Assembly: GCA_963772365.1 (NCBI GenBank)
Contig: CAVYXA010000003.1
Span: 288,001-352,000, forward strand
Reading direction: 5' to 3'
Origin: an uncultured Verrucomicrobiae bacterium
Lineage (GTDB): Bacteria; Verrucomicrobiota; Verrucomicrobiia; Chthoniobacterales; UBA10450
Length of the DNA: 64,000 nt
Shown here: piece by piece, positions 1-11,193 of the stretch
Layout of the letters: every line of letters begins with the position of its first letter
Numbering within the stretch: the stretch's first letter is position 1
Notes under the pieces: model-generated
Database searches by the model: none
What the model was told of the DNA's origin: nothing
What the model saw: only the letters and a program-made list of their open reading frames with translations
Program-made: the position numbers and the translations under genes

Positions 1-31
1 CTATCGGCGATCAGTTTAGGAAACCGCTGGA

Positions 32-1000
32 ATGCAAATCCGCTTTCCTTCACTCGCAATGTTAAACGCGTTGATCAGCTTCGGATTGCGGTTGCGCTGG
101 TGCGAATTGCGGTCGAGCGATTTCAGTTCCGAAAACTGTCCAACATGTGGTTGCGCCAGTTTCCATTGGTCCGTTCACTCCCTGAAACGGGCGTCACGTC
201 ACAGGATGCGTTCCCTAAATTCGTTGGGCGTCGCCCACGACATTTTTTACGCGGGCGCTTATGATTCCATTCGCCCCGTGTTGCGCGATGTTCGCACCAT
301 CGCGGACATCGGATGCAATTCCGGTTTCTTCACGTGCTTCTTAGCGAATGCCACTGGTAATTCTGCCATCCGAGGGTTGTTGGTCGATGCCAATCCCGAC
401 ATGGTTCGCGAAGCTGAATGGCACTTGAAAAAAAATCATCTATCTCAGATGCGAGCAATCCAAGGTTTGGTTGGCGCTAATTCGCAGGCGCTAAACGAGG
501 TCTTTTATCTGCATTCCGATGCCGCATGCTCGTCTTGTTATCCTTCCAGCCCGGATGGAATTGTCACGCTTACCGGATGGCAGGCGATTCAAGTTCCTGT
601 CCTTTCGATTGCCGAGGAGTGGCGGAAACATTTTGGTGATACCCCTTGCGATTTGGTCAAGATCGACATCGAAGGTTCCGAAGCGGATTTTATCCGACGC
701 GAAGCAGACTTCATTGCTTCAACTCGCTTCGTGCTCCTCGAAATCCACCACTGGCTCGTGGATGCAACCACGATCGGAGACCAACTCGACACATTAGGAT
801 TCGAACTCTGCAACTTGATGCCTTCTTTGCACAACACCGATGTTCGATTTTATGTCAACCGAGGCTCGCTTAATGGCAACTCGGAACAGTATTCGCGCGG
901 AAATCGCGACACCGGCTGCGGTTTAAAAGAAGTCGGCCCCCTTGAGGTAACGCACCGTGAAACGGCGCCTCACGTCTGCCCACGAAATCTAAACAGTTGA
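32..1000 (+). CDS. FkbM-family SAM-dependent methyltransferase (both ends uncertain)
   Basis: IADIGCNSGFF SAM motif, VDANP, and CDLVKIDIEGSE motif typical of FkbM; the first ~60 aa and last ~45 aa look unrelated or garbled. Confidence 0.7.
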   Translation: MQIRFPSLAMLNALISFGLRLRWCELRSSDFSSENCPTCGCASFHWSVHSLKRASRHRMRSLNSLGVAHDIFYAGAYDSIRPVLRDVRTIADIGCNSGFFTCFLANATGNSAIRGLLVDANPDMVREAEWHLKKNHLSQMRAIQGLVGANSQALNEVFYLHSDAACSSCYPSSPDGIVTLTGWQAIQVPVLSIAEEWRKHFGDTPCDLVKIDIEGSEADFIRREADFIASTRFVLLEIHHWLVDATTIGDQLDTLGFELCNLMPSLHNTDVRFYVNRGSLNGNSEQYSRGNRDTGCGLKEVGPLEVTHRETAPHVCPRNLNS

Positions 1001-2016
1001 CGGGGCAAAGTTGATCTCCTCGCCAGCAAACGTATAGGCAAGTTTTTGGAAGGCGCGCTTGTCGGGTCGGAATTAAATAGATTATATTCAGGCGAATAAC
1101 GATCGCGATTTGGCCAGACGACCTCAACTTCCGGCAGCAGCGGGCCAGTTCGTTCCGGATGCGTGGGTCCAAAGAACGTCGTCAACCGATCATTCACCGC
1201 TGCGGCCATGTGCATCCCGCCACAGTCAGCTGTGAAAATTCTAGTTGCTCGTTTCATCACTGCCAAGCTCTCGTGGAACGAGAGCGCGCCGCCGAGATTT
1301 TGTAAGTTCGCGGGAAATTTAAAGCGGGAGTAATGAGCGCCGTCGGCACGGTTCCCTAACAGTACGACAGTCTGCTTCCGACATAGGACGTTAACCAGTT
1401 TCTCGAAGAACTCATCTGGCAGCCTTTTCACAAATTGAGTTTCGCCGGCATTGTTTCCGCCACTGTTGATGACGCCGACGAATTGATCCAATCGCCTCTT
1501 TGATAAAATCCGGTCCGCGACCTGATCTGTATCCGGCGGATACGTAACTTCCATCTTTGTGTCGGAGAAATCGGGATTTCCGCAGAAGCTCAGGAGATCG
1601 AGGTAATAATAAATCTCATGCCGTATATCGGAGTAGCGAACCGCCTCGGTTAAAAAGAACCGGCTGATCGGTTCCCGCACGAATCCGATACGGCGGGGAA
1701 TTCCGAGCGATTTGGCTAGCGCGTTGAAAATCCAATTTTTCCCCAGCAAAAATGCAACTGTGAACCGCTCCTTCTTGAGTTTTCTCCAGAGTCGATAAAC
1801 CTGGCGAATGTTGTGGCGGAAAAACATTTGCTCATCGAAGCCAACGACAGAGGAAAGATGCGGATTTCCATCGAGAGCGACGCGATAACTGTCGCCAACC
1901 CAGAATTGAATCTCTGCGTCGGGATAGATACGACGGAGTTGCCGCACAAAAGGCGTCGTCATCAAAACGTCGCCGAGCAAACCCAGTTTGAAGATCAAAA
2001 TCTTAGGCTTTGACAT
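970..2016 (-). CDS. GT9 family glycosyltransferase (LPS heptosyltransferase-like)
   Basis: KILIFKLGLLGDVLMTTP N-terminus and TADCGGMHMAAA...FFGPT motifs; ATG at 2016; C-terminus may be frameshifted. Confidence 0.85.
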   Translation of the reverse strand: MSKPKILIFKLGLLGDVLMTTPFVRQLRRIYPDAEIQFWVGDSYRVALDGNPHLSSVVGFDEQMFFRHNIRQVYRLWRKLKKERFTVAFLLGKNWIFNALAKSLGIPRRIGFVREPISRFFLTEAVRYSDIRHEIYYYLDLLSFCGNPDFSDTKMEVTYPPDTDQVADRILSKRRLDQFVGVINSGGNNAGETQFVKRLPDEFFEKLVNVLCRKQTVVLLGNRADGAHYSRFKFPANLQNLGGALSFHESLAVMKRATRIFTADCGGMHMAAAVNDRLTTFFGPTHPERTGPLLPEVEVVWPNRDRYSPEYNLFNSDPTSAPSKNLPIRLLARRSTLPRQLFRFRGQT

Positions 2017-3233
2017 AGCTTGGCGCGAGAACCTCAGATCGCTCTGGCTTTTTTTGGCAATACCTATGAAAAATCCGCAGATAGGCTTCGGCACATTTAT
2101 TCCAGTCCCACAGAGCATGAGCCTGTTTGGCGCGTTCTTCGGTTCCTATTGGCCAGGATTTGATGGATTTGATAGCGGTAGCGAATGCTGCACGCAGGTT
2201 TTCACCAGCGGGTCCCGCTGAAATCAGCAGCGTCGCCAGCTTCGGGACAAGCCATTCGAATTTCTTCCGAAACAAGACATGGAAGCCCGCAGGCAATCGC
2301 TTCCTGCACCACGAGTGGAAAGCCTTCGCCCACGCTTGGCAGGACGAGCAGATCGGCAGCGTTATACCAGTCTGCGAGCTGAGAAGGCTGCATCTGATCG
2401 CAGACGCGAACATTGGGTGCATTCCAACGGCGTGGATCGATCGGGCCACGCCCGATAAAAACCCACCTTGTCTCTGGTGTCTCACGCGCGAGAGCGTGCA
2501 GTTTGTGCAAACCTTTCTTTTCAACAAAACGTCCAACAAATAGGGCGACGTTGTGACCCCTATGAAGGCCAAAGTTTTCGCGTGTTGCAAAACGCCGAGT
2601 GGCCGGTTGCGGGCAAAAAACATTTTGATCAACGCCGTTATAAATGCTGCGCGCAACGCGCAACCTCAGCTTTTTCTGGAACTGATGTCGAACGATATCA
2701 CTGATAAAAACGGCTTCAGATGCATTTCGGAGGAGTGCGCTCGACACAACGCGATTCATTATTCGGACGGTCAACGTTAACAACCACGACCGATATGGCA
2801 CGTCTCCGATATGCTGTGTTACGATGATTGGTTTGCGATAAAACTTGGCCAACAGAAACGCAGCTTGACTCGTCGTGTACAGCGCGTCGTGAATGTGAAT
2901 CACGTCTGCCCATCGCACAGCCGCACGAAGGCGAACGACACTGAGCGGAGAAAGAATCGGGAACGGCACACCGACGATGTGCTCGACGACGTTTGTGCCG
3001 GCCAGCGGTAGAATCGGAACATCCGTAGGCAGCCCATGCCCACTATCAGTCGCTGCCCATTGAACATCGCACATCGCAGCGAATTGCCGGGCTAACGCGT
3101 GCGCAACCAGTTCGATCCCTCCGCCTTTGCCGGAGTAGTAGTGCGTGACGATGAGAACGCGCAGACGACGCGCCTGTTCGCTTTTGTTTAACGCGAACTG
3201 CTGCTGGCGCGGAATTGCAGATAACGCTGCCAT
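2003..3233 (-). CDS. GT4 family glycosyltransferase, apparent frameshift near 2240
   Basis: GGGIE, FVGRFVEKKG, PSVGEGFPLVVQEAIACG motifs; C-terminal helix (WDWNKCAEAYLRIF) continues in the 2003..2656 frame. Confidence 0.8.
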
Positions 3234-3242
3234 GACGACGAT

Positions 3243-4467
3243 TCACGCGTTCCGCGCGTCCGCACTTGGAATCGTTAACAAATCAAGAAAGAAGCTAGCG
3301 AAAAAGGCTTGGACTCCCACCGTCAGCGATGTCACCGCCGGAACGACCATACGCAAGCTGTCGGGATAGGAGATGGCGCCGTAACCTGCGCGGCGCCAAA
3401 ATAACAAAGCTGTAACAAGTATGCAGAACCCGAGGGTCATTAACCCGGCTCCGACGACAAGACCCATTTCGAGGCTAAAACGGGACAGCAGTTTCTCCAG
3501 CCGCCGGCTCGGTGGAAGAATTCCGGCGAGCGTGGCGAAGCAACGGGCGAAGATGCCGAAAAACCCAAGCTGCGACCCTAACAAAATCGACATTGCACAA
3601 ACGAGGAGCGTGTTCGTGTCGAAACCGATACCACCGATTTGAATCGGACCGACGAGCAAGCGCGCGCCGAAACCGGCGCCGGAGACAAAAAGTGTGAGTG
3701 CGGGAATACAGAAGAGCCAGAGTGGGCAGTGCAATAGCATGAAGCGCAAGTGCCGCCAGCCATCACGCCAACTCCGCAGATGTGACCGGCGCGATCGCCC
3801 GTCTTTGTGCAACGTGATTGGCACTTCGGCCGTGCGCAGCTTGGCAAATGTCGCCTTAATCACCATCTCGGAGGCGAATTCCATTCCGGGTCCTGGACAA
3901 GCCCATCTTCGAAAATCCGTGCTTCGTCAGGGCGCGCAGGCCGCAGTGAAAATCGTTCGCCGGGCTTTTGAAAAACAAACGCCCTAGAAACGTAAGCACC
4001 GGGTTGCCGATCCAGCGATGCTTCCACGGCATCGCGCCTTTCATGATGCGGCCGTTGCCCCATGGCATGCGGCAGCCCATCACCAACTCGCAACCCTCTT
4101 TCAATTTTTCGACGAATGGCGCGATACTGCCGAAATCGTAGCTGTCATCAGCGTCCCCGATGATGATCCATTCACCAATTGCGGCATTCATTCCCGCTTG
4201 CAGCGCCGAGCCGTATCCCCGCTCTGTTACATCGACAATCCGCGCGCCGTTGCGTCGTGCGATTTCCTGGGATCCATGGGTCCTGCCGTTATCTGCAATT
4301 ACGATCTCGCCCGAAATGGCCAGCTCAGCTAGCGCATTCCATGCTTTTCGTATGCACGTCCCGAGCGTTTCGGCCTCGTTCAGGCACGGCATGACGATGG
4401 AAAGCTTGGGATGAACTTTCCTCGCCGGAAGTATTGGAGATTGGAGTGCGAAGGCAGGGGCGTACAC
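3243..4467 (-). CDS. GT2 glycosyltransferase with C-terminal TM helices, split by frameshift near 3890
   Basis: SIVMPCLNEA, GDADDSYD, DFHCGLR in 3856..4467; continues as MEFASEMVIKA...RSWRDGWRHLRF plus TM segments in 3243..3884. Confidence 0.85.
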
Positions 4468-4567
4468 GCAAAAAAAAAGAGCAGACAGCGTGCCGATTCG
4501 GTGGTCGTGCAGCTCCGCCGCTGCCTGTTGCTATGGCCGCTACGCGAGAAACCCGGGTTGTTAATGC

Positions 4568-6346
4568 TCAACCGCCCAGCGCTGAATTCGCTGTGGCGAG
4601 CACCGCGTCGTCGTCGTTCTGGTTCAGGCCAGCGAGGAAACCGCGAATCCGCCGGAAGGATTGACGGAGGAAAAGATCGGCGGGCTTGTGATTTGATGGA
4701 GTGGTATCACCATTTCGCCGATGGGCCTGCAATTCCGCATCCAAACGGCTCAAGACACATGTCGATGCAAAAAGCTCCATCGCCGCCCAGGCGATTCGTT
4801 CCTGGACGAGCTGCATGTCGAGAATCGGCTCGCGATACGCAATTAGAGAGCGGTTTACGGCGAAATTGAAACGCCAGATCAATCGCGCCAATTGCGCTGC
4901 CTGGGACCGAAGCTCTGGACTTTGCACCGGGACATCCGGCACTCGAACGGTTGCGCTCAAACGACTCATCCCCGCATTCCATGCCTTTCCAATGCCGCCT
5001 TCGCGGCTCGGCTTCAGCATGGTGTCGTAAATTTCCTTAAACTCCATGCCTGGACCGCGCATTCCGACCAGCGCGATAAAGGACGTCAGCACTTCGTTGC
5101 TTCCTTCGCCGATCTGATTAATTCGTGCGTCGCGCAGCATTCGCTCGAGCGGCAGATCGGTCATGTAAGCCGCGCCGCCGTGGGTTTGGAATGCTTCATT
5201 GACGCATTCCCAGAGCAGATGTGTCGTGAAGACCTTCAACATCGCGGTTTCGAGCATGTAATCTTCCAGGCCGCGGTCGATGAATGACGCGGTGATCGTC
5301 GTGATTGCTTCCATCGCGTAAGCGTCAGCCGCGATTCGGGCGATTTTCTTTTTAACGAGATGAAAATTGCCGAGTGTTTTGTTGAACTGCTTTCGCGTAT
5401 TCGCATGGTCGACCGCCATGCGCAGGCAAGTTTTGGCTGCACCGGTGCAACACGCGCCGAAAGTTGTCCGGCCAAAATCGAGCACGGTGAGCGCGACCTT
5501 CAAACCTTTGCCCAGTGGACCGAGGATATTTTCCTTCGGTACTTTCACATCGCGCATCGCGAATCGGCCCGTCGCCGTGCCTCGAATTCCCATTTTTCCC
5601 ATCCGCGGCTCGAGGATCTCGAAACCCGGCATGTCCGGCGTTACCAGAAACGCGGTGATCGCATCCTTGCCCGGTTTACCGGGAACCGGTGTGCGGGCCA
5701 TCACGGTTAACACCTGAGCGATGGCGGCGTTGGTGATGTAGCGCTTCTCGCCGTTCAAAGTGTAATGCGAGCCGTCCTCACTCGGAGTTGCTGTCATCTG
5801 CACGTTGGCCGCATCGGAGCCGGCTTCCTTTTCCGTCAACGCGAACGCTCCGAGCCATTCGCCACTGCAAAGTTTTGGCAGCCATTTCTGTTTTTGTTCG
5901 TGCGTGCCGAAGAGCAATAACGCGCGAATGCCAATGGAATGGTGCGCATTCACAAAAACCGACGTCGAAGCGCACCGGCGACCGATCTCTTCCAGGATTC
6001 TTGTGTTGGCGATCTGCGAGAAGCCGTGCCCACCGTACTCGGGAGGCGCCGTCATGCCGAGCACGCCGACGCGGCCGAGACCGTCGATGACTTCGCGCGG
6101 AATATCTGCTTGTCGATCTATCTCTGCCGCATCGAGCTGCGCATCGAGAAATTCGCGCAATTCTCCCAGGACCTGGTCTAGCTGCGTTTGTTGCGCTGCC
6201 GGAATCCGCGGATACGGCATCACCCAATCGGAGACGAAATGCCCGGCAAACAGTCCTTTGACAAAACCGAGCGCCTGCGGGCCGGTGAAAAGCAGTTCCT
6301 CAGCCTGCTGAATTTCCTTCTGACGTTGCGCTTCGGTTTCAGTCAT
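4568..6346 (-). CDS. Acyl-CoA dehydrogenase (long, VLCAD/ACAD9-like)
   Basis: AFALTEKEAGSDA, LNGEKRYITNA, RKQF, HGGAAYM, RDARINQIGEGSNE motifs; probable start MTETEAQ. Confidence 0.93.
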   Translation of the reverse strand: MTETEAQRQKEIQQAEELLFTGPQALGFVKGLFAGHFVSDWVMPYPRIPAAQQTQLDQVLGELREFLDAQLDAAEIDRQADIPREVIDGLGRVGVLGMTAPPEYGGHGFSQIANTRILEEIGRRCASTSVFVNAHHSIGIRALLLFGTHEQKQKWLPKLCSGEWLGAFALTEKEAGSDAANVQMTATPSEDGSHYTLNGEKRYITNAAIAQVLTVMARTPVPGKPGKDAITAFLVTPDMPGFEILEPRMGKMGIRGTATGRFAMRDVKVPKENILGPLGKGLKVALTVLDFGRTTFGACCTGAAKTCLRMAVDHANTRKQFNKTLGNFHLVKKKIARIAADAYAMEAITTITASFIDRGLEDYMLETAMLKVFTTHLLWECVNEAFQTHGGAAYMTDLPLERMLRDARINQIGEGSNEVLTSFIALVGMRGPGMEFKEIYDTMLKPSREGGIGKAWNAGMSRLSATVRVPDVPVQSPELRSQAAQLARLIWRFNFAVNRSLIAYREPILDMQLVQERIAWAAMELFASTCVLSRLDAELQAHRRNGDTTPSNHKPADLFLRQSFRRIRGFLAGLNQNDDDAVLATANSALGG

Positions 6347-6484
6347 AAAAAGCTCGCCGCTGAAAAAGCGGGCGACGCATTGTAGCCATCTGTGAGCCTG
6401 TGTCCACCCGCGAAGCACACGCGTTGCTGGCGAGGCGTAAATTGAACAATTTCTTAGCACGAGACTTGCAGCATTCATGGCTCG

Positions 6485-7777
6485 ATGGATCTCACCGCCC
6501 CACGCTCGACGATTGCTGAAAGACTCTGTGGCGAGCCGATTGTGTTGACGCGCGCTAATCACCTTACGTCCAGGAGCTGGTTAAGGGACAAGAAGACGCT
6601 AATCGCGCTGATCACAATTCTGGCTGTGGGGATTTTCCTGCGCGTCTGGCCCAGCACAGGATTTCATAAGGTTGGTTTCGACGAAGGTTTGTACAGCAAA
6701 TATGTCGCTAATGCCCAAAAGGTCGGAATCTGGAATTACGACGAAGTGGTGCGGGCGTATCTGCGTTTTCAGGCAGAGCGTTCCGATGCCATCGTGCCGG
6801 CTACCCGCGTTGGTTTTTTGGTTCCGGCAACAATCATTGCGGACGTCGCGCAACTCGATTCGCTGGTGGCACTCCGGTGCACTTCTCTAGCCGCAAGTAT
6901 CACTCTGTTGTTGGCAGTCCTTGTGATCGGCTTCCGAATGAGTGGGACCGAGCGAATGTTGACACTGGGTGCCTTAATAGCGGTTGCGCCATTGCAGATT
7001 CATCTGGCGCAGCGCTCGTTGATTGACGGCTATTTTGCTTTTTGGGCGATCCTGTGCGCGTGGTTTCTTTGGGAAAATCTGCAGAACCCGCATTGCCTCG
7101 GCTGGCTCATCGCCTACGGCATTAGTCTGTTCGTCATCGTGCTGACGAAGGAAAACGCAGCTTTTGTTTTTCTCGCGCTTGCGACGACAGCAATCGTTTT
7201 CGCATTCTGGAAACTTGGACGGATCAGCTGGCCATTAGTTGCTGTGAGTCTTATCGCTCCAATGGCAGCCGTGTTGTTCCTGGCCATGCTGGTCGGTGGA
7301 ATCGCCGAATGGGTTTCGTTTTACCGCGGGTTTGTGCAGAAGTCGGCTGCTTTGCCATACGCTGTCCACCTTCAGGATGGTGCCTGGTATCGCTACCTGA
7401 TCGATTTCACGCTGCTTTCGCCTTGCATCGTGGCCCTGGCTTTCGGCGCATTGTTTCAGATCAAACGAGAATCTAAACCTGACGTTTTCTGGTCCGTTCT
7501 TCTCGGCGCAAGTTTTGCGCTGATGTCGATCCTGCCGTGTGGCATGAGCCTGCGGTTCGCTGCTTACTGGGACGTGCCTTTGCGCTGGCTCGCGTCTTCG
7601 CAGCTTTTTCGCTTGAGCGAACGCTCCCCGCAAATCAAACCACATTTTCTCCTGCCGGGTCTCATTCTAATTTTAGTGGCTGTCGATCTATTTCAGTACT
7701 GGCGCTATTTTGCGCACGGGGCCATCTACGATCCCGTCAGCTTTCATCTGCTTCACGTCTCGAAGCTGATAAAATGA
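6485..7777 (+). CDS. GT-C fold multi-TM glycosyltransferase (PMT/ArnT/GT39-like)
   Basis: GFDE motif in first loop after TM1, about 10 hydrophobic helices, LTKE motif; start codon uncertain. Confidence 0.7.
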   Translation: MDLTAPRSTIAERLCGEPIVLTRANHLTSRSWLRDKKTLIALITILAVGIFLRVWPSTGFHKVGFDEGLYSKYVANAQKVGIWNYDEVVRAYLRFQAERSDAIVPATRVGFLVPATIIADVAQLDSLVALRCTSLAASITLLLAVLVIGFRMSGTERMLTLGALIAVAPLQIHLAQRSLIDGYFAFWAILCAWFLWENLQNPHCLGWLIAYGISLFVIVLTKENAAFVFLALATTAIVFAFWKLGRISWPLVAVSLIAPMAAVLFLAMLVGGIAEWVSFYRGFVQKSAALPYAVHLQDGAWYRYLIDFTLLSPCIVALAFGALFQIKRESKPDVFWSVLLGASFALMSILPCGMSLRFAAYWDVPLRWLASSQLFRLSERSPQIKPHFLLPGLILILVAVDLFQYWRYFAHGAIYDPVSFHLLHVSKLIK

Positions 7778-7827
7778 GCGATTAGCCGGCTAAATGAGTG
7801 GCACGTCCGCTGCTGCCTGATCAGGAC

Positions 7828-8676
7828 ATGCTAAACCCCGCACTACGCACTCGACCAATAAACGAATTTCTATCCACGGATTGGGCTCGCCCCTCCAGCG
7901 CATTTCATCGCAATGGACATGTCGAATTAAGCCTCATCTTGCCGACCTACAACGAACGCGAAAATCTCGGTGAACTTCTTGCCCGGATCGACGATGCTCT
8001 GATCGACATCTGCTTCGAAGCGATCATCGTGGATGATGACTCGCCCGATCGCACCTGGGCTGCCGCCCGGGAATTTGAGGACCGGTATCCATGGCTCCGT
8101 GTGATTCGACGACAGAACGTCCGCGGGTTGAGTTCGGCTGTGATTTGTGGATTACGGCATGCTCGCGGAGACATTGTCGGCGTGATGGATGCCGATCTTC
8201 AACACGAGGTCGAATTGTTGCCCGAGCTTTTTGAAAAGATCGAACGAACCGACTTTGCCGTGGCAACTCGGCGCGCTGCCGGAGGAAGCAATGGCCGGTG
8301 GTCCAAAACGCGGCAGTTTGCCAGCTCAGTCGCGACGGCCATGGCTCGATATGTCGCCAAGGTGCCATTCTCCGATCCCATGTCCGGATTTTTCCTGATG
8401 CGTCGCGGGATTTTCCAGGCCATCGATCGCGAAGATCTAACCCCGCTTGGCTACAAAATCTTGATTTATCTCTACAGCAAAGCCGTTCAACAGTTCGGAC
8501 GACAGACCTTATCGTTTGTCGAGATTGGCTACGAGTTTTCCAATCGGATTCACGGTCGGAGCAAGCTGTCGATCAAAGTCGTCGCGGAATACCTGCTGAT
8601 GCTAGCCGGATTACGGTTGAGCGGAGAAACGCCAATTCACGATCGCCGGCCGCGTTGGTCTCACGCTGCGTTTTGA
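7828..8676 (+). CDS. Polyprenol-phosphate mannose synthase (DPM1/Ppm1-like GT2)
   Basis: LPTYNERENL, VDDDSPDRT, GLSSAV, MDADLQH, SDPMSGFF, GYKIL, SKL motifs; GTG at 7798 is an alternative start. Confidence 0.85.
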   Translation: MLNPALRTRPINEFLSTDWARPSSAFHRNGHVELSLILPTYNERENLGELLARIDDALIDICFEAIIVDDDSPDRTWAAAREFEDRYPWLRVIRRQNVRGLSSAVICGLRHARGDIVGVMDADLQHEVELLPELFEKIERTDFAVATRRAAGGSNGRWSKTRQFASSVATAMARYVAKVPFSDPMSGFFLMRRGIFQAIDREDLTPLGYKILIYLYSKAVQQFGRQTLSFVEIGYEFSNRIHGRSKLSIKVVAEYLLMLAGLRLSGETPIHDRRPRWSHAAF

Positions 8677-8701
8677 TTTATCAACAATTGTCAGGGTGAT
8701 C

Positions 8702-8818
8702 GAAAAGCGACGCACGGGCGCGTGCGCACTCCTAAAGCACTTCGTGCGAAAACATCTGAAACGCCCCTATCTATTTCGCGAAGCTTTCGGAGTGCGACGA
8801 GTCCTCGCATCGCTTTTC
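8702..8818. repeat. Palindromic REP-like element, family A copy 1
   Basis: AAAGCG...CGCACTCC / GGAGTGCG...CGCTTT inverted arms; second copy at 14701. Confidence 0.85.
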
Positions 8819-8892
8819 ACCCGCGAGCCAGATCAAGGAACGAGGAATTGAGGCTTGCCTTGATGATGCCGGGGTGAGACAAAACGCTGGCG

Positions 8893-11193
8893 ATGAAATT
8901 GCTGAGTGCTCCGCGCCAGCCATTCGTCGGCCTAGCCATGGCGGCCGGGGTGGGCATCCTCGTCGCGGAGTTCATACCCGCTTCAAAACCCCTGCTGGGT
9001 GCGATGGCAGTTGGGGTTGCTCTTTGGATTTTGGTGACGCTTTGGCAGCCAGTGCCTGTCGCGACTTATCTAATTGTCGCGATCTCATTTTTTCTCCTTC
9101 ACAATTTTCGAACGACAGATACCGCAGGTCTGCGACTCGCAGCGCAATTGGGAGAGCGGCCACGTCTGGTTGTCGTCACTGGGACGGTAGTGAGCGAGCC
9201 GAAAATTTGGCCAAACAGATTTGCCTCGTTCCTTCTCAAACTCGATTCGATTGATTTTGCAGGACAACATGAATTCACGACCGCAACCTGGTCTGTCACG
9301 TGGCGCGGCAGAGCAAAGTTCGGCGATGAACTGAAGCTATCCGGCATAGCCAAGCCGATAGCGCCGCCCAGGAATCCAGGTCAATTCGACATGCGCACAT
9401 ATCTTGCACAGCGCGACGTTCACCGGGAGTTGTTTGTTCGTTCTGAAGAAAACGGCGTGCTTCTGCGTCACGGACGCGGCAATCCAGTTCTGCGTGCCGC
9501 CCAGAGATCCCGACATTGGCTGCAAGCTGCTCTTTGTCGTGGACTGGAAGATTCGCCGGACGTCCAAAGTTTTTTGAGCGGTATTGTGCTCGGCCTGCGG
9601 CGCCAGACGCAGCAGGACATTGAAGAACCGTTTCAACAAACCGGAACGCTTCATCTCTTTGCCGTTGCTGGTCTTCACGTGGGAATTTTTGCCGAACTTC
9701 TCTGGATTTTGGCAATGGTCGGGCGTCTGTCTCGAAAATGGGCGGCCACATTTATTATTCCGGCGTTGTTCTTCTATGCAGCGGTCACCGGATTACATGT
9801 CTCCAGTGTTCGAGCTGCGATCATGGCGTCGATTTTGCTAGGCGGCATCTTCTTTGATCGCAAAGTTTTTCTGCTCAACAGCCTCGCTGCCGCTGCATTT
9901 GTCCTTTTTTGCTGGGACACGAATGAACTATTCGATATCGGCTTTCAACTTTCGTTCGCCGTCGTTGGCGCCATCGTTGTTTTTGCCGATCCGTTGTTCG
10001 GATTATTCAAGCGGCTGGCCGCGCCTGATCCATTCCTGCCGCGAACTTTGCTGCGCGGATCGCGACGCTGGTCGCATCTTTGTTTCGAATGGTTTTGCGG
10101 CGGTGTTGCCGTTTCTCTCGCGGCCTGGGCTGGATCAGCCGCATTTATCGGCTGGCACTTTCATCTCGTTACGCCGATTTCGCTGCTGGCCAATCTGCTA
10201 GTCGTTCCAATCGCGTTCTTTGTCCTGGCGGTTGCTCTGCTCTCGCTGTTGACGGCTCCGCTCACCCCGTGGCTTTCCGTTATATTCAATAATGCCAACT
10301 GGTCGTTGGCTCAGCTCGTTCTGGGCATAGTGCACGTGCTCTCTCAAGTTCCGGGCGGACATTTCTATGTCGATCATCCCCATTGGCCCAAACTGATCGT
10401 TGCTCGAATCACTGTTCTCGACATGGGCGCTGGCGCCGCCGTTCACGTGCGAACCCAGAGCGGCGATTGGCTGTTTGATTGCGGAAGTAAACGCGAGTAC
10501 AAGCGCGTCCTGCTCGAATATTTGCATTCCTCCGGTGTAAATCAGCTCGAGGGACTCTTGTTGAGTCATGGCGATTCCCTCCACATTGGTGGCGCGCAGC
10601 GCTTGCTGCACGACTTCCCCTGGATGCGTTTGATCGACAATCCTTTGCCCGATCGGTCCAGTACGCATCGGCAATTGCTCCGTCTGTTTCGCCAACGTCA
10701 TTTGCATCCAGACAAACTTACGGCGGGAGAGCGCCTTCAACTTTCGCCTACTGTAACCGCAAAGATTCTTCATCCTCCCCAATCGCTAGCCGCGACAAAA
10801 ACCGACGATCAGGCTTACGTTGTTCAACTTTTCGTTAAGCCAGCAACGTCGATTATGTTCTTGTCCGACAGCGGCGAAGAAACCGAGCGGCGGCTTCTAA
10901 CTTCAGGGGAAAATTTGCGCAGCGATATCCTGGTCAAAGGCCAGCATCATTCGGCTCGGTCCGGTTGCGATGAATTTCTGAATGCTGTCCAGCCGAAGCT
11001 GATCATTGCCACGTCGCGCGATTTTCCGGAGGAAGAACGAATCAGCGATGAATGGGCCGCCAAAGTTCAATCTCGCGGCATCAAGTTGTTTCGTCAGGAC
11101 GAAACGGGGGCAGTGATAATGCGGTGCGGCCCTCACGCTTGGGAAGCGCGAAGTTACATCACGGGCGAAACCTTTCGAAGCAGCAGTCGGTAA
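8893..11193 (+). CDS. comEC: ComEC/Rec2 DNA uptake channel with MBL domain
   Basis: RNPGQFD, GTLHLFAVAGLHVG, GFQLSF competence motifs; C-terminal MBL with SHGDSLHIGG and GQHH. Confidence 0.93.
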   Translation: MKLLSAPRQPFVGLAMAAGVGILVAEFIPASKPLLGAMAVGVALWILVTLWQPVPVATYLIVAISFFLLHNFRTTDTAGLRLAAQLGERPRLVVVTGTVVSEPKIWPNRFASFLLKLDSIDFAGQHEFTTATWSVTWRGRAKFGDELKLSGIAKPIAPPRNPGQFDMRTYLAQRDVHRELFVRSEENGVLLRHGRGNPVLRAAQRSRHWLQAALCRGLEDSPDVQSFLSGIVLGLRRQTQQDIEEPFQQTGTLHLFAVAGLHVGIFAELLWILAMVGRLSRKWAATFIIPALFFYAAVTGLHVSSVRAAIMASILLGGIFFDRKVFLLNSLAAAAFVLFCWDTNELFDIGFQLSFAVVGAIVVFADPLFGLFKRLAAPDPFLPRTLLRGSRRWSHLCFEWFCGGVAVSLAAWAGSAAFIGWHFHLVTPISLLANLLVVPIAFFVLAVALLSLLTAPLTPWLSVIFNNANWSLAQLVLGIVHVLSQVPGGHFYVDHPHWPKLIVARITVLDMGAGAAVHVRTQSGDWLFDCGSKREYKRVLLEYLHSSGVNQLEGLLLSHGDSLHIGGAQRLLHDFPWMRLIDNPLPDRSSTHRQLLRLFRQRHLHPDKLTAGERLQLSPTVTAKILHPPQSLAATKTDDQAYVVQLFVKPATSIMFLSDSGEETERRLLTSGENLRSDILVKGQHHSARSGCDEFLNAVQPKLIIATSRDFPEEERISDEWAAKVQSRGIKLFRQDETGAVIMRCGPHAWEARSYITGETFRSSSR

